Below are positions 25,701 through 37,802 of a DNA stretch of 64,000 nt, one piece after another. The stretch spans positions 1 through 64,000 of the forward strand of contig MU271400.1 of assembly GCA_021432655.1 (NCBI GenBank), in the 5' to 3' direction. The notes under the pieces were generated by a model. It had not been told where the DNA came from. It saw only the letters and a list, made by a program, of their open reading frames with translations, and searched no databases. The position numbers and the translations under genes are program-made. This stretch comes from Atractiella rhizophila (lineage: Eukaryota). Positions within the stretch are counted from its first letter, which is position 1, and every line of letters begins with the position of its first letter.

Positions 25701-27608
25701 ATGAGCACCGAGGAATTGTTGGCATCATATGAGAGGCAGGTGGAACTTGTCATTGACGCTTTGCTCTTTCGCACCTTGTCAGGTTTGTTTTGTCATTCGT
25801 GTCATGACAGAATTACTGAGAAGAGCATTATTGATCAGGATGGGGGAAGACAGAGGCCAAAGTGGCCATCGTCCTACTCGGCGTGTGAGGCTCCTTTCGT
25901 TATTTCAGCTCACCATTCATGTGGCGTGAACACGGGACAGTGCCATGGTTGCGTATACAATTGGAATGTATATACGCGGGAAGAAAAAGACTTTGTGGAT
26001 ATGTCGTTTAGAAGGAGGTAAAGTCTTTCTTCAGACAGCGAATGGACTCCATGTTGAACTTTCAACTTCGAAACAGATGGTTACTTTCGACCAAACCCCC
26101 ATATTTTTGTGCCTCCTCTCCTCTCCATCTTCAGCATCGTGTACATCGTATTCCTCATCGGCACACTAAACCACAGCATCCCTCACATATTTCTCTACGC
26201 CAACATCGCCTACATACCTCTGCAACTCTCCGCTCACCTCTGGGTATGGAACTCCTTGCTCGCCGCTTCTCACGCCCGAAAATCGATGCCCCCCCAATCG
26301 AACCTTCATTGGCGTGCGGAACAACGAGGGCTGCTGATTGATTGCAAAGCGAGCCGGCTCAAGATCAGCCCTAGAGTCGCGCACATTGCATTTGGCACTT
26401 TCGTGGTCTTCTCCCTGACCACGATCATCATTTACAGCGTACTCTCCTCCAGCTCTCGCGAACGCGCCCTTGCATCCGCACAGGAGCTATTGCACTTTAT
26501 ACAATCAGCTTCAGCCTCTGTCTCAGCGGGACAACCTGTGGATGTTGACGTCCTACCATTTATGGCATCGCGTTTGGGGGAGGAGGTGAACACCTCAAGA
26601 TTTTACTACAAGCGCTTGATCGCATTCCAATTCGCCAGTCTGGTCTTAGACACTCTGCCGTACATGTATGCGCTCGCCAAGCTTTTCTCCCTCCTCTGGT
26701 TCCAGAGACGCCACCTAGAAGGTGCACTTGAAAGACTCCAACAGCTCGAAGCGATGGATCGGTACGAATCCGAAACGGCCTCCTCCAAGCCAAGGGACTC
26801 TGTCCTGTCTTCTGCTGCCTCTCTCGAATCTACGGTCTCCACCGAATTCGCCAGGTCGATCACTCCTTCTCCCGCCGTCAAATTCCAAGCTGGTCTGCTG
26901 ACAAGGCAGAGAATGGAAAATCAAGTTCTCGCTCGGCAGCAGAGTGAGGTGCAAGGGAAGCTCAAGGAGTGGCATAAATGTTTTAGGACTATGGTCGTGA
27001 TGCATATTCTCACCCTAATCGTCATGTTAGGATATGAGTGAGTATCTTTCCTGCCTGAAACTAAAGTTGACAGGCTTCCGCCCAAAAGTTTCCCAAACGG
27101 GGGAAACCCGGGACAAACCCCGCCGCCTCCGAAAAAAAGAACCCCCTTCCCCAATTCCGCCCCGGTCAAAACAACCAAGAAACCGCCTCCAAAACCCCTA
27201 ATGAGACTCGAATACTCAAGGTGAATACAAAGCTACTGCTTCGTGATACCTCAACTTATCGGTAGCACCTACCTCCTCTTCGAAGCAACTCAACTGCCCT
27301 CCCGTGCTTCCAACTCGAAATCAAGGGCACATCACCGGATGCCTTCGAATTCGAGTTCAAGAGCGCCAACAAAAGCGGACGAGAATGTATCGATCGTCAA
27401 TCTCTCTGACCTTACACGCACGCAAAGCCGTTCGTCAATGCGTAGTTTGGTAGAGAATATGAAGAAGATGGGAGGGATGGGGACGGGAAAGCAGGAAGAG
27501 GCGGAGGTGGAAGAGTGTATAAGGGTTTCTGTTCATGAGGCGGAGGAGAGTCAGAAACCTATGGTCTGGCGTGAAGGCAGGCCTTCAACGTGGCGTTCCA
27601 ATGGCTGA
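25701..27608 (+). CDS. Uncharacterised multi-pass membrane protein, tandem paralog 3
   Basis: MSTEELLASYERQVELVIDALLFRTLS/GWGKTEAKV...KTLWICRLEG/GYFRPN...WVWNS...LPYMY; C-terminus WREGRPSTW. Exon region 27075-27200 appears corrupted. Confidence 0.72.
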
Positions 27609-27832
27609 AGTTGAACGTTGATCGATGACAACTCGTGGCATTCGTTTCAACCTTCGTTTGTTAGGGTTTTTGTGTTTTAGTACTGTTGTGTTGTTCACAA
27701 TTTGACGTTCAAGAACGTCCATGCGTCAGTCCCATAAGTTATGCTCAATTCAATGTGTCCATGTCGTTTCATTTGCAAGTGAAGTAAGAAGATCCACACT
27801 GCATACATTCCCTCGACCTGAACAAGGGACAC

Positions 27833-30466
27833 TTATCTCTTCCCTCCTCTAACTTTTCCTCTTCCTCTCCCTCCTCCACCTCTCCCTCGTCCTCTTGATC
27901 CTCTGGCCATCTTCCTATCCCAATCCCTCATGCTTTCCTTGTTATTTTCCTTACTCCTCGAATTATTGCTCTTCCCACCGAACCCATACTTGTCGTCTCT
28001 CTTTTTCCGTGATAAACCACCTCTTCCACCACCTCGACTTCCACGGTCTGAGTTTGGTTTACCGCGTTTCGAAGGACGGTCGAAAGTCTTTTCGAGCTCA
28101 ACATCGAAGTCTTCATCGCCTCCAGTAGCGCCAGCAAGGTCGGTGCCCTTCCGCTTCCGCTTCAACTCCTTAACGCGATCAGTGAACGCCTTCTTTTCCG
28201 ATTGTCGCTCCTGCAATACGAAACATGGACCATGAGTACACAACGGACTAGACGATGAGGAGGAGGGGAAGAAAAACCCTCCTCCACCTCTCCCTCGTCC
28301 TCTTGATCCTCTAGCCATCTTCCTGTCCCAATCCCTCATGCTTTCCTTATTATTCTCCTTACTCCTGGAATTGTTGCTCTTCCCGCCGAACCCATACTTA
28401 TCGTCTCTCTTCTTCCTTGATAAACCACCTCTTCCACCACCTCCCCTTCCACGGTCTGAGTTTGGTCTACCCCGTTTCGAAGGACGGTCGAAAGTCTTTT
28501 CCAGTTCAACATCGAAGTCTTCATCGCCTCCAGTAGCGCCAGCAAGGTCAGTACCCTTTCGCTTCCGCTTCAACTCCTTAACTCTATCCGTGAACGCCTT
28601 CTTTTCCGATTGTCGCTCCTGCAATACGAAACATGGTCCATGAGTGCACAACGGACTAGACGATGAGGAGGAGGGGAAGAAAAGAGAAAGGAAAGACGGA
28701 CCTTCTCTTTCGCCTTCTGAACCTCCTTCCCAAACTTCTTCGCCATCCTCAACCTCTTCGCCTCCTCGCTCCTCTTCACCCCTTCTTTCTCCTCCTCCAA
28801 CCTCCTCCTCACCTTCCCCATCTGTACATCCGTCTTAACCATCTCCGCAAAGAAGTCGTCCGGTCTAGTGAACGGGATGTCTTGCTCTTTGCACAGCTGT
28901 CGACCAGCTAGAGCTCCGGCTAGAGAGGCGCGGTAGAAGGAGAGTTCCCGGGCGAGGTCATCGTCGACGGATAGGTTGGGTGGCAAGGCGGAGGAGGATG
29001 TGAGGATGTGGGTATCCCGGAAGGGAAATAGAGAAGAGGAGGATTCCAGTGCCCGAAGAAGGATGGAGAGTGCGGCCTGCAGACGAAAATACATCAGTTC
29101 ACTTCGTATTACGAAAAATTAACGGCAACGGCAAATCGATCCGTGATGATAAATATGATGCTTCCTTCGATACACCGAAGTTACGAAAAAGAGTCAAACA
29201 GCACACTTCCTTCCATTTGCTGCGTCAACAATTGGCTGAGCCAAGCAAAGAGCACCTGAAAAAGTAAGGCGAGGAGGGGATCTTGGGTATAATACATGTG
29301 AAGAAAGCTTGTTCCCTCTTCATGAGCATGTAACAAGCCATTGAAATAATTGATCACAATGACACTGACACACAGCCCACCATATTATGGAGCACATTAG
29401 CAGGGGGCCATCTGCCGTACGTAATACTGACTGCACAAAACTGGAAGTGATGGAGAATTAAGTGAAAGCGTGGCATCCCCATTGAAGAGGAAATGGGGCA
29501 GATAAGGCCGAAAGATAATTGCTATCCTCACGTCTGGTCCTTTCTCACGCAGAAATAGAAAGTAAATGCTGGGAATTTGGTGGGATTCTCCATGAAAACG
29601 CAAAGTGTGGTACAACAGAGGTGTAAGTATTCATAAAGTCGAATGATTCGATGGGTAGAGCGACGCCTAAATAGCTCTCGTCTTCCTCTTCCGAACCAGA
29701 AGCAGCAAGTGATGAGAGAGTTCATCATACTTTCTGCAATTTTTCTAAGTGAATTTTGGCAAAATCATAAACGATTGATGACGAGGAGACAGAAAGTGGT
29801 CGTCCTGCCGTTGTGAGATACAGCGGAAGAAGCTAAGTGCATTCTCTTCTCGGTCATAGAAATGACAGGGTAAACACAGTGGTGGTATGGAATAGAACCA
29901 TTTTGGCTGAGGGAAAAAAGACTGACCGGGTCGTTTTTTGACACTTTTTGGGTTTCCGTTTCTCCCTCCTCCTCTTCCTCGCCGTCTTCATCTTCGTCCT
30001 CATCCTCATCCTCATCCTCTTCCTCTTCCTCTTCGTCCTCTCCCTCAGCCTTGTCACCCTCGATGGCCTTCCTCAGCCCCTCCAACTGATCCTCTCCAAT
30101 CTCGTCCTCATCCTCGTCTTCCTCTTCCTCTCCCTCTCCTTCAGACAATCCATCACGCAACATCCCCTCCAACTCGTCCACCTCGCTCCCCAAGAGCTCC
30201 ACCATCCGCTCCATCGCTCCTTCCACATCGTCTTCCTCATCTCCATCCTCTGCAGCACCCTCCTCTTCCTGCTCTCCATCTGACTCTTCGGCTGCTACTG
30301 GCGCTTTTGGCGCTTCTGGCAAATCTGCTTCTACCATTTCGACGTCTGAGGGTTTGGAAGATTTGGGAGATTTTGAGGATTTAGACGGTTTCGAAGTCTT
30401 TTTGAGCTTTGCAGACGTTGAAAAAGCTGGTTTCCCCAAGCTGGTACGCGCTTTTGAAGGGGCCAT
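27833..30466 (-). CDS. EBP2: rRNA-processing protein Ebp2
   Basis: Acidic N-terminus, DDDLARELSFY, IPFTRPDDFFAEMVKTDVQMGKVR, KKFGKEVQ, KRDDKYGFGGK...SKEN. Intron of about 850 nt (29077-29926). Last exon is duplicated. Confidence 0.95.
27869..28683. repeat. Tandem 2 x ~408 bp duplication covering most of the EBP2 last exon plus its acceptor; copies about 6% divergent
   Basis: 27869-28276 versus 28277-28683; about 24 substitutions by manual count, nearly all synonymous. Confidence 0.93.
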
Positions 30467-30568
30467 TTCACTGGCAAATGTTGTGCAAGTGATCTACAAG
30501 CCTGAAAATTTGTTTGATCCTAAACTACAAACCGGAAAAGCCAAGCAAAGTGTTAATGATTAAATGAG

Positions 30569-30580
30569 TGTGACGTCACA
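30569..30580. promoter_or_regulatory. 12-bp palindrome TGTGACGTCACA (ATF/CREB CRE site) in the ~300-bp divergent EBP2/C2-protein promoter
   Basis: Perfect palindrome containing TGACGTCA. Function is inferred. Confidence 0.4.
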
Positions 30581-30772
30581 GCTGCAGTGAAGTTGGAATC
30601 TGAGTTGCATCACTCGCGAAGCTCGATTATTGCATCCGCCAGCTGCTTTATAACCCCACTTCACCACTCCAGCCTCAGCATCACCACCTCAGCGTTAACG
30701 ACTTCTAGCACAACGACTAACGATTCGAAGAACAATTGTAGGACTCGAAGAGCCCAGGAAATTGATTAAGAA

Positions 30773-33700
30773 ATGGAAGAAACGACCCAGCACCACCTCA
30801 ACGAGCCTCACAGCGCCGTGAATCCCATTCCCAGCACCAACACGGCAGACTCGACGACAGCGACGACGACTCCCTCCGCTCCAACGGGGACTACGAATGG
30901 CGAAGTGCGGAAGGACCCCATCACCGGCGGGGACGTGGCGCTGAAGTCCTTTGCGGACGCAGACGTCAAAACGACGATCGAGAAGAGCAAGGAAGGCCGC
31001 GCGAATCTGCTCTTCTACAAGTTCCCGCCTCCGGATTGGTCGCTCTTCAAGACTCGGACGAACGCGCTCATCAGCCAGTACCTCGCCTTCGTCTTTGTAT
31101 CTTCTTCCCTCCTCCGGCTCGTCTCCAAGGGATACTTTTCGAGCTTCTTGCAGCTCGCACTCATTGCTGGAGGCGGGTATTATGTGCAGCAACAGGTGGC
31201 GAGGTTGGACGCGGAGGTCATGTTTGGCGGAAGTGAGGTGCAGAGAGGCGAAATGGCGTTGAGAGATGAGGTGCCGGAGAGCACGGAGTGGTTGAATGCG
31301 TTTTTGGGAACGCTTTGGCCTATCATCAATAGCGACATGTTTGCGGGAAGCGCAGATATGATTGAAGGTCTGTCCCCGTCTCTTCTTCCTTCTTCCTTCT
31401 TCCTTTTCTTTTTGGCTGACTTGGTGAGACAGATATCATGCAACAGTCACTTCCCAAGTTTATCAAGATGGTCAAAGTAGCGTCTATCCACCAAGGAACA
31501 CGAGGAGTTCGCATCTTGCACATGAAGACTTTGAAAGATTCAGAGTTTTCCGACATCGAGAAAGAGAGGGAGAAGAAGTTGGCGGAAGAAGAGAAGAACT
31601 CGCTTCAGGCTATAGGAAGGGAGAAAGCGGCGAGCGAGAGGGCGGAAGAGAGGGCGGGGAAGTACGTCAACCTGGAACTCACACTCGCTCATCAGTTCGT
31701 GTCCCCTCCCATCCTCCTTTTCACCTGTAGACATGATACGGAACAGTGCATCGCCCACCAAAAACCCGAAACGGCCGCAGAACCCGTCCATCCAACTCCA
31801 GTTCTACATTGGTGCCATCGGCCAAACTATCAACTTACCCATCTGGGCTGAAATCCTCGAGCTGCTGGTCACTGTCAGGCTAAGGCTTCAACTCACACCC
31901 GACCCGCCGTTCCTCAAGAACCTCACTTTCAGCTTCTCGAGCTTGCCAAAGGTCGGAGTGAGCGTCTTGCCCATGAGCAGGAGCTGTGAGTTTTTTTCTT
32001 CTACACCCCACAATTGCTTTGTTCTATTCGCATTCGTTAATTATTCAAGGATAACGGAGTGCTGATCAGATTGGTGATGTGCAGTGCCCAATGTCGTGGA
32101 TTTACCGGTCATCAAAGGATTGGTGCAGAGCTCAGTCGAGGTCGCAATGAAGGTTCGTTCACCTACCCTCGTTCGAATCTCGCTTATTGAGGAGTGGGCG
32201 GACGAGTAGGAATTCATGGTGCCCAAGTCCATGACGCTCGATGTGGGAGAGATCTTATCTGGAGATGGAATCAAGAAGAAACTCGACACTTGGGGTGTCG
32301 TCTTCATTCGCTTGCACTCCGCCTCCAATCTGCACCCTCACGATCAAGCTGGTTCGACTTTTCATCCCCTCTCTCACCATTTGAGAATTGATTGTTTGGT
32401 GCCGGTGTGACAGGCAAATCCGACCCTTACTTCCTCCTCTCTTTCTCCAAATTCGGAAAACCTCTCTATTCGACCCGGGTGATTGAGAAGACATTGAACC
32501 CGAGATACGAGGAGACGGCTGCGCTCTTGATTAGGACGGACGAGGTCAAGGCGGACGAGAGCGTGAGGGCAGAGTTGTGGGATTCGGATAGGTTCAGTGA
32601 CGACGACAAGGTCCGTCTCCATCCTCCCTTACACCTTGGTGAACGAATTGAGTGATGAGTGATGTTGTGACATTGGTGTTTTGTTTAGGTCGGAAAATGC
32701 GAAGTTTCTCTCCGACAACTCATCAAACAGAAGGGAGAGACCATATCGCTTTCCTCCCCCATCGAATCATACAAGGGGAATGGAGACAAGGGTACTTTGC
32801 ATTGGGACCTCGCGTTCTACGACATTCGAGCCCTCAATGAGAAACTAAGGACGGATGGCGCGGATCCCAGGATACCACAGGATTTGAAGGACAAGAACCC
32901 AGAGTTAAAGGAGTTACAGGCGCAGGAGAAGGATGTATTGTGCACGCCTCCGGATCCAGAATATCGTACGTATTCCCTCCCTCCCCGGTTGTAATTGTGG
33001 ACGAGGAGGGGGGTTGACGGATTGTTGTGCTGGGATAGCGAGCGGTGTCATCTCTGTCATAGTACATCAGATCGTGGACCTCGGCAGACATAAGGCTAGG
33101 AACACGTATAAACAGAGGAAGAAGATGAGCGTTGGTGCGGAGGAGCAGGCGGAGGGTATCCTCGTTGGTGTTTCACGAGCTGTCGTTGTCGGTTTTAGAG
33201 ATGCTGACGCTGGATTGATGGGACAGGAGGAAGAGGGAGATGATGCCCCAAGCAGCTATTGCAAGCTTTATCTCAATGATGAGGCCATCTACAAGACTCG
33301 CGTCAAAGCTTACACAGCCAATCGTGTGTCATCCGTCACCCCTCGGCTGATAAACTGATTGAGATTGGAATGGACGGTAGCTTTCTTCAATGCGGGAACG
33401 GAAAAGTTCTTGCCTGATTGGAGGTCGGCCAAGTTCGCGGTCGCTGTTTTGGAGAAGGAGGAGGACTCGGACGAGAAGCTCATGGGCACTGTTCAGCTCA
33501 ACATCGGCGAAGCGTTGAAGAATGCCAGCTGTGTTCGTCTCCCCGTCCTTCTCGCTCACTTTGTTGGATTTCTGGAGAGAGATAGTGATTGATGTGCTGT
33601 AACGTAATGGCTGCAGGTATCCAACTTTTATAGCATCGCTGATGGCGTCGGATACGGGAAAATCAAGATCTCGATCCTGTTCAGAAGCATCGATACGCAG

Positions 33701-34584
33701 CTTCCTAAGAACCTGCTCAATTTTAACTTGGGGACGTTGGAGCTTTTGAACGACGTCGAAATCACCTCTCCTGATGCGGCAGCTCTCAACGGTTTGTCAC
33801 AACCTCTCCGTTCCCACACACAGGATTTAACAACATTGTTTCATTGGGATAGCCCTCAAGCTGAAGCTCAAAGTTTGGGACTATGCGAAGAGCTTCGAGC
33901 CCTCGAAGGATGGCGGCGCTGTTTGGGCCACCAAGGGTTTACACCTGCCCGTGACGAAACGAAATTCGTACGCTTTTCGCATCCTCCCTCGTCGAACAAT
34001 CTAAAGATCGAGTGCTGCAGTGCTATCTTCTGGGTCACGTTTAAAAAGAAGTCTAAGCTCGCGGGATTCAACAAGCACGTATATGCCGTCGCGAATAAAA
34101 GACTGGCGGACATCGTTGATGACCAACCAACCGATTTGGAACTCGAGGTCGTACTTCCCAAATCTGGGAATAATGCTGAAGGAGACTCTGCTGGCTCATC
34201 GAGCGAGAGCGTAGGCCTCCCCCCTGCCGTCGACATATCGTTAGAACAACGATTGATTTTGTGTTTGATGGACAGGAGGAAGATCTTAATGAGAATCTGG
34301 GGCGACAAAGAAGTGATTGGAAAGATCAAAGTCTCGGTCATCTTCCGTCGTGGTAGGACCACGGCGCATTCGGACGATAAACAGGCAACAAGGGCATTGA
34401 CGGATACGTCAACGGGAAGTGACGATGTGCGCCGCCTTTTATTTTTGCTCTTAGCAACGTGAACTGATTAGTTGTGTAGGATAAGAATGTGGCCGGTAAA
34501 AAGAAGGGCTTTTTCGGAAAGCTCAAGAGCAAGGCTATGCCGAAGCTCGATGGACAGGGCCCTGGAGTAGAAAGCGAGGCGTAA
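30773..34584 (+). CDS. SMP + C2-domain membrane protein (Mug190/tricalbin-like), many introns
   Basis: TM hairpin, VPESTEWLNAFLGTLWPIIN, RLRLQLTPDPPFLKN, C2 motif GKSDPY...YSTRVIEKTLNPRYEE, ELWDSDRFSDDD, PSSYCKLYLNDE...FFNAGTEKF; ends PGVESEA*. Confidence 0.88.
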
Positions 34585-34843
34585 AGTAAAGGACATGAGT
34601 GAGGGTGCTGATGTTTTCAAAAGCGGTTGTGGTGTTTTCTCATGTTTCCGAATGACCAAAGGACGACTTGAAAGGACTGCCGATAATTCGCGTTTCTCCT
34701 TTGCTTTGTGTATCATAAACAAACAGTATTGTAAATACGATCTACGTGGAAATGAGCACAAATGGACATCTAGTTTTGCTCTCTCTCATTTTGCCTCATT
34801 ATTCTCTTATCCTTTCGCCATAACATAATGAACTACAGATTCA

Positions 34844-36832
34844 TCAAGCTAAATCGGCGAATCCAACAAGATTATAATCCTATGCACCGCATTCAGTTTG
34901 TTCGTTGAGCACTGATGGGACAGAAGGTGAGGTTTACAGACCTGGTCAAATACTGTATAGGTATTCTGCATAAAAGCGTCCCCCAGAATCCAACTTGCAT
35001 CTCCCAGGCCCACGTCGAGACCAACGAGAGCGCCGACACATCGAGAGCTCCCCATGCTCACCCTTCCTAGATTAAAGTATTTGGTGTCCACAACCCACTC
35101 TTTACCATCATCAAAAGTGAAACCCAGCTACACCAACCAACAAAGGGCAAATTCAGTTTCAATTCCAAGTCAGACTGAGTTGGGTTTGTGGCACATGGGA
35201 ACGTGTAATAACCTGAGTTTCCATACTGTGCCGACCCAGTGACTTGATCCCAGAAGGTGGTGGCGTCGGAAGGAGGAGCGACAATGATACTTGTTCCAGT
35301 ATCAATGATGGCGTTGATGTAGGCAAGAGGATTCCCATTCAAGTGAGCTAAGGAGGATAGGTTGTAGAACGCGCGATCTTGAACGGGATGAAATTCCACG
35401 TCTCCCTATCCCATAAGTGCAACCTATGAGAATTCTCGGCTACGAGAGGAGAAAGCACAATGGCACTCCATTACGCACTTTGTACAACGCGCTGTTCGCC
35501 CCGCCGATGAACAGCTCGCTTGTTTCGTCCTGAGCAAGGCGGAACGAGAACTGGCTACGCTGGATCCGCCCCTGATCCTTGAGCTGAACAAATAAACAAC
35601 AATCTTCAGCCTTCATGGGGCGAAAGGGAACCAGGACTAACAGTTTCAATGAGCGTCGGACGGTACATTTCCCCAATGTTTGAGTACGCAAGACCCATGA
35701 TTCCATCAGTCACGTCCCCTCCGAAAGAAGTCGATTCTGAGGTGACCGCGCTGAAGGTTTGCCTGTTTGAGAACAATATTAGCAAACTCTTTCGTCCAGA
35801 GACTAGACTACGAACTTGTCTCCTGAAACCCCACCAACTGGAGAAAGCATTTCTCAATGCCTAAACTAAAATGGGGAGAAAGACACGCACCGGAAACTGT
35901 GTCTGTGTAAATCGGCCCACTGGTACTGCTTCCATCGCCATAGGAAACTATCCCGCGAATCACGTCAACTGTTGTGACTGGGGGAAGGAAAAGACTGAAC
36001 TCGTGAAAGACCCGCGTTGACGAGTGCAAGTTGAACTCTTCCCCGGATTGAACTGGTGTTTCTTCTTACATGTGGACGACTTGCAATTCACTGAAGTGAC
36101 CCAAAGATCCTGTTCCATAGACACTAAGCTTGGATACCACGATGGATCCAAAGAAAGAAGAGACGCACCGCAGAACCAGTGTCGAAATCGATAAGAAACT
36201 TTTGCGGAGGATTCCCGATGGATATAGTGCCATACCAAACTAGGTCACAAATAAGAGGACCAGACATCAGCTAACAGAAGCAGACGCGCTTGAGACCAAA
36301 GACGCACGAATTCCCTCTTGATCTCCAAGACCTTCGGAAAACTGACGCCTCCAACTCTTGGCCATCTTCATGAATCCCTCAGTCTCGTTATCGTCGTAGA
36401 CAGCGCGGGCCTCCCTTGGATGCGACTCCTCATTCCGTTTTCGTGCATCCAACGCAGCTTGGTACTTGTTGGCCACAAACTGAAGGTGGCCCTACTCGCC
36501 CTACATGAGTGATCATGCGTAAAAGCGGAGAGAGGACTCACAGAAACGGCAGAGAAGTTGAATGTCCCGTCCAAATTAGTTGCTCCAGCCCAAACATGTC
36601 TGATGAGTGGAACGGAATATCCGACGTTACTGATGATGGCGGAGGGATCTGGTATCTGGAGATCGAACACATTGGGATTTTGATGAGGGGAGAAAGTGTG
36701 ATTTGTAGACGTGGCGTTCGAATTGGTGTCGTTGTTCGTTGAGGTCCCATTGATTGGAGAAACGGAGGAGGACGAAGAAAGTTGAGCACCAGCCTGGATA
36801 ACAAGGAGGAAGAGAGAGAGCATAATGTCCAT
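34844..36832 (-). CDS. Secreted aspartic protease (peptidase A1, pepsin-like)
   Basis: Signal peptide; catalytic FLIDFDTGS and AIIDTGTS; SYGDGS flap; DGIMGLAY; WILGDAFMQNTYTVFD...VGFA. Confidence 0.93.
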
Positions 36833-37802
36833 CCACCTGGGAAGGCGAAAAACAAAGTACTAAGCGATATTGAAGACGCGACAGCGGCGTTACCAGCCTC
36901 GATATGCACCTGTGCAGCAGAAGAAGTTCTGAAATCGTGAAGGGAGGCTTTTCAAGCGTTCCTCCTTTTCCTGCAGCTTTAGATTGTGACACAAGACCGT
37001 GGCGCAGATCCGAGATGACCCCTTAAAGTCGCAAGCACCATTTGGAAAAACGCTAGAATGTCTCAGAGAATGTCTGAGAAAATCACGAGGTGGGAAGCGG
37101 GAAGGCAACAGGAACTTGAACATCCCTTGAGAGAAGTAGGACTCAGTCGTTGCTGGCCGGAGCGAGATGGAAGAACAGCGGAAAGTCGCTTTCGCTGGAT
37201 ACTGTGCGCTGAACCTGAGCTTGAGGTAAACTGTCAATAGCTTGCCGGGAAAACATGCGTTACTTAAAGCCCTCTTTGTCAGCTGCCTTATCTGTGGAGA
37301 CTCAGTGGTTCACCAAATGATTTCCAGATTTTCGCTTCTTCTAAATCATGATCATGAGCCTTTCAGCTAATTCAGCCCAAGAAAGGACTATTGAAAATCA
37401 GACCTGAAGTTGTCGGCGATAGCTTCACCGTCAGCCATGACACACGTTCCGGTATATCCTCAGCCGTACAACACATTTTGGGCGTGTTTCTTGCGTGTTC
37501 TTTCAATAGGGATGGGAAACCAAGAGGTAATTTTCAATCTTTCTGCGGAATCTACGACCTGAAGCTGACTTACGTCTCTGCGGGTCTGTCGCCGATGCCA
37601 CCGAAGGTCCTGTCAGCTTTTTCCTGCAAGGATTCTGAACCGACGTAACGTATGTACCTGCCAAATGCGCCATCAAAAGAGGCCCTGAAACAGGTGTAGA
37701 GGTATAAAAGTTGGAAAGTGTTGGCTTCTCTTCATCCAGCTACCTTTGGAGGCAAACACAATAACGAGCGCCACTATAATAGAAAATACTAAGAGTGACT
37801 AG

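Noticed and set aside
29715..29735. Box C/D snoRNA starting at ATGATGA in the EBP2 intron
   Set aside because: No CTGA box D at a suitable distance on the same strand.
29938..30384. Pro/Leu-rich plus-strand ORFs
   Set aside because: Antisense of the acidic EBP2 N-terminus.
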